Position numbers and translations under genes: made by a program. From Takakia lepidozioides (lineage: Eukaryota; Plantae; Bryophyta): a stretch of DNA of 64,000 bases. How positions within the stretch are numbered: the stretch's first letter is position 1; each line of letters starts with the position of its first letter. Positions 10,225 to 28,725 of the stretch are shown here, in pieces. The notes beneath the pieces were generated by a model that saw nothing but the letters and a program-made list of their open reading frames with translations, was not told where the DNA came from and searched no databases. Where the stretch lies: the NCBI GenBank assembly GCA_030704615.1, contig CM060731.1:55118001-55182000 (forward strand), written 5' to 3'.

Positions 10225-13200
10225 CACACCCCTACCAACAGGGAGTCGATGTCCTCATCGACTTGTCTATTTTGTAGAAACGAACATCCAAGTTGTGGCG
10301 TCCCACATCAAGGAGTTTGTTTCCGTACCATGGCGTCCCATGGCAAAGAACCAAACCCCACACTTGACTCTACTCTCCACTAGCTAGTTTGGCCGACTTC
10401 CTCCAAGTCTCGGCCAAGGGTGGAGCCTCTCAAGCTCCTCCCAATGCACTCTTCTTGGCCTTCTTCAAGGTCAAGGAACGATCCTCCCTGAGGATCGAAT
10501 CGCCTTACTGCAACAACATTGCTTGCGACCGCTCATGATGCCGCTTTTGGCATCACCTTGAGCAAGGGTTCACCTGGAACCCTCTTTGACTAGGAAGATA
10601 ACCTTAAACCAACCGTGCGCCCCAATCACTACAATTGGGTCCGCCTTGGAATGATGGCCTGAGGTACGGGAACACGCCGAAGCCGCACTACGACTTCATC
10701 CCGAGGCTACACGATTATAGTACGTGAACGGAAGCACGTAGCTTCCGCGTTAGCCCGCACTACAAGGCAACCCCCTTGGTAGCGCAGTTATAGTATGCGC
10801 ACGCGCCAGGTGCGCACTAGCACGTGAACTCCCAAAGAAGGCGCAAGTTTCCTTGCCCGTTGGATGGGAGTCACCCGATTTCGGCACTACGCAAACACAC
10901 GATTAACCCAATTTACCTCTCCCACTTTTATAAGCTAGCATGCATTCTACACACTAGCCAACCATACCATGCATCACCATTCCAAACAAAATAGGACGCA
11001 CAACATTTGGAAGCCATTTCATTTATAGCACGTTTTGTACAATGCAACGTTTTGTACCAATGCAATCGGATTCCTAAGCTAGCTAAGCCGGGCTAAGCAT
11101 GCATTTCCTCCCCCACGCTCCAAGGTTGATGTCCCCATCAACGCTTCTTTCACTTTTGAGGTCGCCCTTCGAAAGCTGCAACCGCCTCGGATGCGTTTCC
11201 CATTTCTGAGGCATGCACCCAAGATGCCTCCACATGATGATAGCCCTTCCATTTGACGAGATACTCCGTTTCTCGGTTCTTGAACCTCCTCGACTTAAGT
11301 ATTGCCTCCACCTCGTACTCAGGTTCATTTTCATGATCCAACAGCATAGGTGGTGGACGCAACACTTGTTGCCGATTCAGACGCGCTTCATCTTTGAAGT
11401 AAGGCTTCAAAAGGGAGACATGGAATACCGGGTACACCTTGCTGTTTTCCGGCAGCTCCAATTCGTACACATCCTCATTCATAACCTTCCGAATGCGAAA
11501 GGGTCCCGCATAGGGAGGTACGAACTTCGGACTCACTTCCGGAGGTAGTCGGAAATTCTTGATGTTCAACTAGACCTCCGTGCCTACCTCAAACTTCACT
11601 TCCCTCCGCTTCCGATTCGCCTGCCTTTCATACCGTTTCCTAGCTTTGGCAATGTTGTACTTTGCGAGCTTCAACAAACACTCGCGTTCTTCTAGTACCG
11701 CCGTTACTGCCGGTTCCTCAACGTCCTGGGCGGCCCAACTTGTCGGCACCAGAGGTGCTTTTCCATAGACCAATACGAAAGGGGAAACTCCCGTTGCGGA
11801 GTGTTCTGTGTTATTATAACAGAACTCTGCCGCATCTAAGTGTTCCACCCATTCTGTTTGGTCTGCCGACACGTAATTCCGCAAGATCTGCTTCACTACG
11901 GAATTCACTCTTTCTGTTTGGCCGTCGGTCGTAGGTCGGAAGGCGGTGCTCATCTTAAGCCTCGTCCCCATCTTCTTCCAAAGTGCCCTCCAAAATTTAC
12001 TCGTAAACTTTGGATCGCGGTCCGAGACAATATCCCTCGGGACTCCATGATGCTTTAAAACGTGGGCGAAATAAAGTCGCCCTGTTTCCTGTGCCGTAGC
12101 CGTCTCCTTGGTGGGGATGAAATGACCCATTTTACTGAACCTATCCACCACCACCATGATTGCATCGAATCATTTTGACAGCGGCATAGCAGTCATGAAA
12201 TCCATCAAGACGCTTTCCCAAGTCCCCTCTGGAATCGGCAAGGGTTGTAACAGCCCCGCTTGCTTTTTATACTCGCTCCGGTTTTGTTGGCATGTGGTGC
12301 ATGTCTTGACATACTCCTCTGCCTCCTCCCTCAGTTTGGGCCAGAAATACTCTTTTTCGTGCGTCGGCCACCGTCGCTCCACTTCATTCAGTTTCTTACT
12401 TTCGTAAGCCACTGGACGTCCATCTTGCATAAGTACACCCCCAATCGCGAAGTCCGACGCATCTGTATGAATCTCAAATGGACGATCGAACTCCGGATTT
12501 CAAGACTGGAGCTTCCGCCATCCGCTACTTCAATTCAGCAAAAGCTTGGCCACAAAATGTGTTCCATACCCAGACTTTGGATTTACACAGAAGGTCCGAC
12601 AGCGGCCCCGCGATCTTGGCGAAATTTCTCACATACTTCCGGTAATAGGAGGCGAGTCCTAGGAAGGATCGCACTCCCGGGACCGAAGTCGAAGGCTCCC
12701 AGTCCAAGATCGCCCTCACCTTTCTGTCATCCATTTTGATCCCATCTTGTGTAATCACATGCCCCAAGAACTCCACTTTTGTGACCCCGAATTCGCACTT
12801 TGAGGCTTTGGCATACAGCTTCCCTTCTCGCAATTTTGGAACACCCTTTTGAGGTGCTCCAGGTGCTCCTCCTTTGTTTTCGAGTACACCAAGATGTCGT
12901 CGATGTACACGATCACAAAGTCATCCAACCACTCCTGGAAAAGGCTGTTCATCAGCGTGCTAAATGTCGCTGGTGCATTGGTGAGCCCAAAAGGCATCAC
13001 CAAGAACTCATATGAACCATACCTTGTTCTGCACGCGGTCTTCTCCTCATCTCCTTCCGCCACCCAAATTTGGTGATAGCCGGAGCGCAAGTCGATCCGG
13101 CTGAAATACTTCGCTCTTGCCAACCGATCGAAGAGGTCGTCGATCCTTGGCAAAGGGTACCGGTTTTTTGATAGTCACCTTATTCAGAGCCCTGTAATCG

Positions 13201-15259
13201 ACACACATCCGCAGCGTCCCATCCTTCTTGTCTGCAAATAGCACCGGGGCTCCGTAAGGTGACTTACTCGGCCGGATGTACCCCTTTGACATTAGATCCT
13301 TGAGCTGAGTCTTCAGCTCGACCAACTCTTTGTTGCTCAACCGGTAGGGCGCCTTGGCAGGCGGTTCCGATCCCGGTATCACCTCAATCTTGTGGTCAAC
13401 TCCTCTTCGCGGTGGCAAGCCGCTTGGTAAATCCTCCGGCATCACATCCTGGTATTTCTCCAAAATCCCCTTGATCCAATCTGGGCTCGGCTCCCCATCG
13501 CCTTCTCCCTTTACTTCTCTAATGTAAAGCAAGAACTGGGGTTCGTGTGTCTCCTCCACGGCCCACTCCCTTGCTGACAAAAGGTTTATTCGCCCTCCCA
13601 CGGATTTGGGCGTTTCCGACACTCGTAAGACCTCGCCACCATTCCCACATGGCAGCGTGACTACTCTCTTGCGGCCATCTATGACCGCTCCGGATTTGCT
13701 CAAAAAGGTCATCCCCAAAATGAGATCTACTCCATCGATCTCGCAGATGGTGAAGTTCTCACGTCCCTCCCAACTCCCCAGTTGAAGAGGAACATCAATC
13801 GCCAACCTTGTCGCCAACTGTGGTTCTCCTTTGGCAGAACGCACCTCAATAGAGGCCCCCACGTCACTTGTTGGGGGTCCCAGCTTTTGTGCCGTTGCCG
13901 GTGTCATGAAGGAGTGCGACGCTCCTGTGTCCACCAACAACGACACATTAGTTCCGGATATTATCCCATCCACGAACAATAACTGACTCCCTTTTCGTAA
14001 GGCGCCAGTTTCCTGATACAACTCACAAGAAAATTTGCCTACCTTGCAAGTCCTGGCGACCACCGCTTCCACCAAGCGACTGATGGTATCTTCCGACAGC
14101 TCCGTGGTCGCCCGAGTCATGTTCAATTGCCGGGGCTTCGTGCACTTCTTGGCCATGTGCCCGGGCTCCCCGCAATTGAAACACACTCCATCAAAGGTCG
14201 CCTTCTGTCCGCCATAAGCCGCTCCAACCCGCTTTTCCTTTCGGAGCACCGGGTGCCGCCTTGACGTGTGAAGGCCCTCCCTTCGATTTCCACGTGCCAT
14301 TATCGCCGCGTGGCCTATCCCACTTCTTTTCCGGTCGGAAGGAGTCACCTTCCCGCCGAATCTTCTTGTGGTTCAGCTCCGTACGGCCTTGTCTTTCACC
14401 CCTAGGGACATCCGAGAAACATTCAGCCCTCTCAATTGCCTCGTTCAAAGTTTTGGGTGGCTTCTCCTCCAACTTTCGCCTGGCCCATGGGGCCAGTCCC
14501 GCCACAAAGTTGAAGACCATTTCTGGTCCTGCCATGTCCGCGACTTTGAGCAACAGCACATTGAAAGCCTGGACGTACCCCCGAATATCATCTGTTTGCT
14601 TCAAATTCCTCATCTTGTCCCGGGCAAGCCAGGACGCGTTGAGGAGCACAAACTGTCTCTTCAATAATTCCTTGAACCCACTCCAGTTCAAGGTTTCCGG
14701 ACTTGGACCTCGGTCGTGAAGGCATTTCTGCCACCATTGTTGAGCATAGCCCCTCAAATAGGTGGGAGCCACTTCCACGCGATCCTCGTCACTCAACTTG
14801 GCCGCCCGGAAGTACTGCTCCAGCTCCAAGAGCCAGGTGTTGAGTGCCTTCCGATTTCGGACGCCCTTGAAGGTGCCGGGTTCCTTAGGCTTCACCTTAA
14901 ACTTTGCCTTAGTGGAAGTGGCATTAGCCGCCTTCAACACGTCTTTCAACGTCCCGCCAAACTGCGCCAACAACCCTTCCCAAAAGGCTACCGGCATGGG
15001 AGGCATCTCTTGGTTTGTCGGAGCTCTCAGGGATTCCTCGGGCTCCGACTCCGACTCCTCGGATTCCTCCCGCTCTTGGGCGGCCTCGTTTTCGGAAACA
15101 TGCATCGCTTCCTCAAACGGCCGCCTCGGTGACACGCCGCCCCCATCGGGCTCACCGGGATCATCATCTTTTGGGCCGTTCCGCTTTCGCTTCGGCTTGC
15201 CCGACCCCATGATGAGGCCAATCCCAAGGACGATCGCGTACTGAAGCTCTGATACCAAG

Positions 15260-15950
15260 TGTCTAACTCCCCTTCAAGTCATAGTTACTCGCTTTGATGC
15301 GCGCGCCTGACTCCAACCTGGCCGCCGGGCCAACTTGGAGCTTCGGCTGCTCACCGGGACATAACGGTCCCCCTTCGCTTCCCTCTAAACCCTCCACCTA
15401 ATTGGGACTAGGAGAATTCCCTTTGGTAGATGGCAGTCCGGAACAGCTCCCCACTCTTTGGTCGCTTTCCGGCTCGCTCGCTTACTCACTAGCTTTTGGT
15501 CACCAACGGGCTTGCACCGTTCTCGGGGTCACTACTCCCCCTTATTATACTTCTGTAGCTGTCCGCGGGGGTTCCATAACCAGCCATGCCATTTTATGGC
15601 GAACCACCACGAAAACCCTCGCGGTGAGTCTTGGCCCGCTCACCACGGCCCCTATGGACCGTGATGAGTCCCAAGACTCCCCACGACTCCCACCACGAGG
15701 TCTCCGCCCCCATGGTGAGTCCTATGCCACCCCCACTAAGTCCCACTAAGCTACCACCACCCCTTGTGGAGCCACCCCCACCGCAACCCGGTGTGCGGGG
15801 CTCCACCTAGTGAGCGCCTCCGCTTCCTTGAGTGCCTTGGGCACTCAAGGGTGCCTCAGCCCCCCATACCTATCGCTGCCACTGCCCCCACCACAGGGGC
15901 AGCCCCTCATGTGTCCCGACCCCCTGCCCTCAAGGTAAAGGGCCGCGACA
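15260..15950 (-). repeat. 5' LTR of copy B
   Basis: Homologous LTR adjacent to the primer-binding site; ~16-17 bp missing just inside its 3' end. Confidence 0.93.
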
Positions 15951-16931
15951 GAAACTCTCCCTGAAATATTTGATAGATGATACAACTCCAATAATGAAAC
16001 ATGAAAGATTGGATGGATGTACATACTTCGTGGGAGTTCAAGCCGAAAACTGACTGGATTTATTTGTCAAATAATTTTGAATAGTCCCAGGCGTTGATAA
16101 TCCAACTTCCTTGATGGTCGCGAGGTTTGTATGTCCCGTCGAAGAAGCCACACCCGATCTCCGACCTTGAACTGTTGAAGTTGTCGATGTTGATTTGCAT
16201 ATTATTTGTATTGTTTTTTAGCTTCTACGATGTACAATATAAGCTCCTTGTGAATTGTAGCAAGATGAGTAGCAAGGTTTTCCGCAGCAAGGCTTCCAAC
16301 AGTCTTCATGTGGAAAGGGTTTGCTCGAGGACGATGACCATAATTGGAGAATAATGAAGTTTGCTTGGTCGAAGAATGTATAGTGTTGTTGTAGGCAAAC
16401 TCAGCTAATGGCAGAAGGTCCGACCAATTATCTTGGTGATAATTTATCGTACAGCGAAGATATTGCTCCAAAATCTGGTTTACGCATTCGGTTTGACCAT
16501 CAGTTTGTGGATGATTAGCTGTAGAGAGGTTGATCTTAAGATCCAATATGTGAAATAATCCCCTCCAGAAATTTGATATGAACTGTGGTCATCGATCATA
16601 TATGATGTTCTTCGGGAGTCCATGAATGCGGTAGATATTATTGAGGAAGAGTCTTGCAGTTTCCTCGTCGGTAACCGTCTTATTACATGGAATGAAATGT
16701 GTCATCTTTGTAAAACGATCCACAATAACAAGGATTGAATCGGTGGTCTTGGAAATCGGAAGGTCCGTAATAAAGTCCATAGACACGGCCGACCATGGAC
16801 CCTTGGGAATGGGTAATGGTTGAAGAAGGTCGTAAGGTCGATGTCGTGGTCCATTCGCTTTAGCACACATGTCGTAAGATTTTATAAATTATTTCACGAG
16901 TTTTCACATCTGCGGCCACCAATAGTCCCTG
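15951..16931 (-). mobile_element. Element H integrase (continuation of 2060-5310, now inverted)
   Basis: Minus strand reads [58 protein letters not shown]. It continues the frame ..KTMELISR that stops at 5310. Confidence 0.92.
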
Positions 16932-17657
16932 TGTCGCGCACCTCACTTCGGTAAGCTCCCATTCAAGTCATAGTTACTCGCTTTGATGCGCGTGCCTAAC
17001 TCCCAACCTGGCCGCCGGGCCAACTCGAAGCTTCGGCTGCTCACCGGGACATAACGGTCCCCCTTTCTTCCCCCAACAAACCCTCCACCAATTTGGGCCT
17101 AGTGGCAATTTCCTTTGGTAGATGGCAGTCCGGAATAGCTCCCCACTCCTTGGTCGCTTTCCGGCTCGCTCGCTTACTCACTAGTTTTTTGTCATCAACG
17201 GGCTTGCACCATTCTCAGGGTTACTACTCCTTATATATACTTCTGTGACTGTCCGCGGGGGTTTCAAAAACAACCATGCCATTTTATAGCGAACCACCAC
17301 GAAGACCCTCGATTCCCGGTGATGAGTCGCGGTGAGTCTTGGCCCACCCACCATGGCCCCATTGGATCGTGGTGAGTCCCAAGACTCCCCACGACTCCCA
17401 CCACAAGGTCTCCGCCCCATGGTGAGTCCTATGCCACCCCCACTACGTCCCACTAAGCTACCACCACCCCTTGTGGAGCCACCCCCACCGCAACCCGGTG
17501 TGCGGGGCTCCACCTAGTGAGTGCCTTGGGCACTCAAGGGTGCTTCAGCGCCCCCCCCCCCCCCCCCCCCCTCATACCTATTGCTGCCACCGCCCCCACC
17601 ACAGGGGCAGCCCCTCTGCGTCCCGACCCCCGACCCTCAAAACAAAGGGCCGCGACA
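16932..17657 (-). repeat. 3' LTR of copy A
   Basis: Shares diagnostic variants with LTR 5311-6042 (e.g. ctttcttcccccaac, atttgggcctagtgg) that differ in the LTRs of copy B. Confidence 0.93.
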
Positions 17658-20600
17658 CACACCCCTACAAATAGGGAGTCGATGCCCTCATCGACTTGTC
17701 CATTTTGTAGAAACGAACATCCAAGTTTGTGGCGTCCCACATCAAGGAGTTTGTTTCCGCACCATGGCGTCCTATAGCAAAGAACCAAACCCCACACTTG
17801 ACTCTACTACTCTCCCACTAGCTAGTTCGGCCCGACTTCCTCCAAGTCCCGGCCAAGGGTGGAGTCTCTCAAGCTCCACCCAGTGCACTCTTCTTGGCCT
17901 ACTTCAAGGCCAAGGAACGATCCTCCCTGAGGATCAAATCGCCTTACTGCAACAACACATTGCTGCGACTGCTCATGATGTCGCTTTTGGCATCACCTTG
18001 AGCAAATGTTCACCTTGAACCCTTTTTGACTAGGAAGATAACCTTGAACCAACTGTGCGCCCCAATCACTACATTGGGTCCGCCTTGGAATGCTGGCCTG
18101 AGGTACGGGAACACGCCGAAGCCGCACTAACGACTTCATATCCCGAGGCTACACGATTATAGTACGTGAACGGAGCACGTAGCTTCTGCGTTAGCCCGCA
18201 CTACAAGGCAACCCCCTCGGTAGCGCAGTTATAGTACGCGCACGCGCCAGGTGCGCACTAGCACGTGAACTCCCAAAGAAGGCGCAAGTTTCCTTGCCCG
18301 TTGGATGGGAGTCACCTGATTTCGGCACTACGCAAACCACACGATTAATCCAATTTAACCTCTCCCACTTTTGTAAGCTAGCATGCATTCTTCACACTAG
18401 CCAACCATACCATGCATCACCATTCCAAACAAAATAGGAGGCGCAACATTTGGAAACCGTTTCATTTATAACAAATTTTGTACAACACAAGTTTTTGCAT
18501 TCGGATTCATGAGCTAGCTAAGCCGGGCTAAGCATGCATTTCCTCCCCCACGATCCAAGGTTGATGTCCCCATCAACGCTTCTTTCACTTTTGAGGTCGC
18601 CCTTCGAAAGCTGCAACCGCCTCGGATGCGTTTCCCATTTCTGAGGCATGCACCCAAGATACCTCCACATGATGATAGCCCTTATATTTCACGAGATACT
18701 CCGTTTCTCAATTCTTGAACCTCCTCAACTTAAGCACTGCCTCCACCTCGTACTCATGTTCATTTTCATGATCCAACAGTACCGGTGGCGGATGCAACAC
18801 TTGATGCCGATTCGGACGCGCTTCATCTTTGAAGTAAGGCTTCAATAAGGAGACGTGGAATATCGGATGCACCTTGCCGTTTGCCGGCAGCTCCAATTCA
18901 TACACATCCTCATTCATAACCTTCTGGATGCGAAAGGGTCCCACATACGGAGGTACGAACTTCAGATTCACTTCCGGAGGTAGTCAAAAATTCTTGATGT
19001 TCAACCAGACCTCCGTGCCTGCCTCAAACTTGACTTCCCTCCGCTTCCGATTTGCCTATCGTTCATACCGTTTCCTAGCTTTGGCGATGTTGTACTTTGC
19101 GAGCTTCAACAAGCGCTCGCGTTCCTCCAACACCACTGTTGCTGCCGGTTCCTCAACGTCTTGGGCACCCCAACTTGTCGGCACTAGAGGTGCTTTTCTA
19201 TAGACCAATACGAAAGGGGAAACTCCCGTTGCGGAGTGTTTTGTGTTATTATAACAAAACTCTGCCGCGTCCAAGTGCTCCACCCAGTCCGATTGGTCCG
19301 CCGACACGTAATTCCGCAAGATCTGCTTCACCACGGGTTTCACCCTTTCCGTTTGGCCGTTCGTCGTAGGTTGGAAGGCGGTGCTCATCTTGAGCCTCGT
19401 CCCCATCTTCTTCCAAAGTGCCCTCCAAAATTTACTTGTAAACTTTGGATCGCGGTCCGAGACAATATCCTTCGGGAGTCCATGATGCTTGAAGACGTGG
19501 GCGAAATAAAGTCGTCCCGTCTCCTATGCCGTTGTCGTCTCCTTGGTGGGGATGAAATGGCTCATTTTACTGAACCTATCCACCACTACCATGATTGCAT
19601 CGAATCTTTTTGACAGCGGCATAGAAGTCATGAAATCCATCGAGACACTTTCCCAACACCCCTCTGGAATCGGCAAGGGTTGTAACAGCCCCGCTTGCTT
19701 TTTGTACTCGCTCCGGTTTTGTTGGCATGTGGTGCATGTCTTGACATACTCCTCGGCCTCCTCCCTCAGTTTGGGCCAGAAATACTCTTTCTTCAAGAGT
19801 GTCGCGGTGCGCTTAGCTCCGCCGTGGCCCGCAAGCGGGCCATCATGGCATTCTCTCAAGAGACTATCTATGATCCTTCCCTTCGGCACGTAGAGACGCT
19901 TTTGCTTATACCGGAGCAGTCCATTTTGCAAGTGGACTGCGATTTAACCCCCATCCTCAAGTCCCGCATCACGGACTTCGCCATCTCATCCTTCCGGTAA
20001 GCCTTCCGGATCTTCCTTTGGAGCGTCGTCTTGCCCCTGTACACCAACATAAGCTGCTGCTTTCTACTGAAAGCATCGGCCACCACATTGTCTCGTCCTG
20101 ATTTGTACTGGATATCCACGTTGAAGACCGCCAAAGTATCTTGCCACCTAAGTTGTTTTGGGGACAACTTAGGCTGCGTGGCAAAATACTTCACCGTGAC
20201 ATTGTCTGTGAATACCTTCACCGGGTTTGAACCAACATAGTGGCGCCAAAGCTCAAGGCAATGCACCACTGCCTTCATTTCCTTCTCATGCATAGGCCAC
20301 CGTCGCTCTACTTCATTCATTTCTTACTTTCGTAAGCCACTGGACGTCCATCCGGCATGAGTATACCCCCTATAGCAAAGTCCGACGCATCCGTATGAAT
20401 CTTAAATGGACGGTCGAACTCCGGGATTTTGAGGACTGAAGCTTCCGCCATCCGCTGCTTCAACATGGCAAAAGCTTGACCACAAAAGGTGTTCCATACC
20501 CAGACTTCGGATTTACACAGAAGGTCTGATAGCGGCCCCGCGATCTTGGCGAAATTTCTCACATACTTCCGGTAATAAGAGGCGAGTCCTAGGAAGGATC

Positions 20601-21690
20601 GCACTCCCGGGACCGAAGTCGAAGGCTCCCAGTCCAAGATCCCCATCACCTTTTTGTCATCCATTTTGATCCCATCCTGTGTAATCACATGCCCCAGGAA
20701 CTCCACTTTTGTGACCCCGAATTCGCATTTTGAAGCTTTGGCATACAGCTTCCATTCCCGCAATTTCTGGAATACCCTTTTGAGATGCTCTAGGTGCTCC
20801 TCCTTTGTTTTTGAGTATACCAAGATGTCGTCGATGTACACGATCACAAAGTCATATAGCCACTCCTGGAAAAGACTGTTCATCATCGTGCTAAAGGTCG
20901 CGGGTGCGTTGGTGAGTCCAAAAGGCATCACCAAGAACTCATACGAACCATATCTTGTCATGCACGCGGTTTTCTCCTCATCTCCTTCCGCCACTCGGAT
21001 TTGATGGTAGCCGGAGCGCAAATCGATCCGGCTGAAATATTTCGCTCCTGCCAACCGATCGAAGAGGTCGTTGATTCTTGGCAAATGATACCGGTTCTTG
21101 ATAGTCACTTTATTCAGAGCCCTGTAGTCGACACACATGCGCATCGTCCCATCCTTCTTATCTGCGAATAGCACCGGGGCTCCGTAAGGTGACTTACTCG
21201 GCCGGATATACCCCTTTGACATTAGATCCTTGAGCTGAGTCTTCAGCTCGACCAACTCTCTGTGGCTCAACCGGTAGGGTGCCTTGGCAGGCGGCTCCGA
21301 TCCCTGTATCACCTCAATCTTGTGGTCAACTCCCCTTCGCGGTGGCAAGCCGCTTGGTAAATCCTCCATCCTGGTATTTCTCCAAAATCCCCTTGATCCA
21401 ATCTGGGCTCGGCTTCCCATCGCCTTCTCCCTTCACTTGTCTTACATAAAGCAAAAATTGGGGCTCGTGTGACTCCACCACCGCCCACTCCCTTGCTGAC
21501 AGAAGGTTCATTCGCCCTCCCACAGGGTTGGGCGTTTCCGACACTCGTAAAACTTCACCACCATTCCCATACGGTAGCGTGACTACTCTCTTGCGGCCAT
21601 CTATGACCGCTCCGTATCTGCTCAAAAAGGTTATCCCCAAAATGAGATCCACTCCATCGATCTCGCAAATGGTGAAGTTCTCACGTCCCA
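16932..21690 (-). mobile_element. Chromovirus copy A, 3' half (protease end, RT, RNase H, integrase, chromodomain, 3' LTR), inverted
   Basis: Begins [12 protein letters not shown] exactly where the 5' half stops. RT/RNase H ORFs 19868-21420, integrase with HDGPLAGH..CTTC, chromodomain ~18586-18760, 3' LTR 16932-17657 followed by CAGGG on the minus strand. Confidence 0.93.
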
Positions 21691-22658
21691 TGTATAATAG
21701 GATGGGTGCAATGGCTCAGTGGTTGGGGCAGGTATGTTGGGCCGGTGGGGAGTGTGTGCACAGGGGCAGAATGGGGATGGGTATTTGACGAGACTATTGT
21801 GCACATCTATATTTGAGTGTTTGTTTTATTTGGACATCTGTAGGCTCTTGGTCAATAGTCTCGTCATCATATCAGTTGATTGTTCGGGAGTTATCTAGCA
21901 CAGTTCCACCGTGAGAACAAGCCTCCTGGCAGCCTTCGGGCACTCTAGGGTTTTAATTTTTTTCGCTCAATAATGCGAATACAGTCTCAAGGGCTACCTC
22001 TCTTTTTAAAAAGAAAAAGAAACTAAAATATTAGTTGAAATTCAAAATTGAAGTTCAATCTAAATCTTAAAGTTATAAAAATATTTTATAATTTGTTGTT
22101 TAAAAAAACTCAATGCTTCAGCCGTTCATGTTTCCGACTCACAACCAGCATATAGCCCAGAAGTAATGGGCACATACCACGTTGGATGTGGTTGTGGGTT
22201 CAAAGCATCGTTTGGTGTGTCATGAAGGTGTCCACCTTCTTGCTGGAAGGTAGTAGTCCTTCGGGGTCAAGTGACACCATAAGTTACGCTCCGTCATATT
22301 TCTTTCTTGTTTCGTACTTCAACCACTGAAGTTTTGGCCTCGAGTAATAAACTAATAAATCATTTCAGGTATTATCTTGATAGGCAGGTATTAAGTGGGG
22401 AGGGTACATGAGGAGAAAACAATTGTCGCCTGGTCTCAGGCTCCTTAGGGAGGAGCCAATAAAAATAGATGTTCACATACTTTTCCACATAGGTAAGGTC
22501 GGACCAATATATATGAACAGGTATGGCAGAATAATGAGTTGAAGAAACTGACTAGAGGTTCGTCATCCATCACCACTAGAAATCCTAGGGTTGAGGCTGT
22601 GCTAATCCGCGCGGGATGCCCAGCAAACACCACAACAGATTCTGCGAGAGTGCACGCC

Positions 22659-28119
<5,461 letters not shown>

Positions 28120-28439
28120 TTGTTCAGTAATTTATCTTCACTTGAGAACTGGAGACGCATCCTCATCTGAGTTCAGACTGCTGGCATGGCATCACCTGCA
28201 GTAGCTCTGCAAATACAACTGTTGAAATTGTCCAATATATTTTGTTATAGCAATAAAAGGCATTGTCCATAGTGGAAAAGAACTCTGCACACATTTCTCA
28301 GGCTATTTGTTACAATACGGTTATGTATGTCTATCTCATCCCAGTTGTGCACTATTGCAAGTACAGCAGGATAATGCAGATCTTTCAAGGAGTAGATAAA
28401 ACTTGGTTTTGTGACTTTGAGGCTAGATTTCTTGAATTC

Positions 28440-28725
28440 AAGGGGCTTGTAGAATTCCTTGTGAAGTTGGAAGACAGGATAGTGGCACATTCGTTGTGGA
28501 AGACAAATCACATCCACAGATTGAAATATCCATGCTGGACTGAAAGGATTGTCTGGGCTGGACACTCATTTTGTCTTGCATGATCTGGACGGGCAAAATG
28601 AGTTCTCACTACATTCAGAAGCTAGCCATTGCTTTGGGGCACCCCCTGGGATGCCTCTCTGTGTCTTCAAGAACCTCCAGGGTCTGTGGGGACTGCCACC
28701 AAGTTCATCGGTTTTCTGCTAGGAA
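28440..28725 (+). pseudogene. PPR E+/DYW deaminase domain remnant
   Basis: Frameshifted pieces read TFVVEDKSHPQIE, HS(E)KLAIALG, GMPLCVFKNLQ, VCGDCH, KFI. Confidence 0.7.

Larger units (their letters stand above)
9498..15950 (-). mobile_element. Chromovirus copy B (Galadriel-like Ty3/gypsy) with two LTRs, internally deleted and degenerate
   Basis: 5' LTR 15260-15950, primer-binding site TGGTATCAGAGC 15246-15257, gag 14191-15258, CCHC knuckle, protease [20 protein letters not shown], partial RNase H, integrase core, GPF/Y motif, chromodomain 11150-11330, 3' LTR 9498-10224. Clade name is inference from motifs. Confidence 0.93.

Noticed and set aside
14191-14348. Overlap of gag and pol ORFs in copy B suggesting a programmed frameshift
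   Set aside because: Copy A reads through the same point in one frame (GKSGATPYGGQK..CFNC); B simply has a 1-nt insertion.
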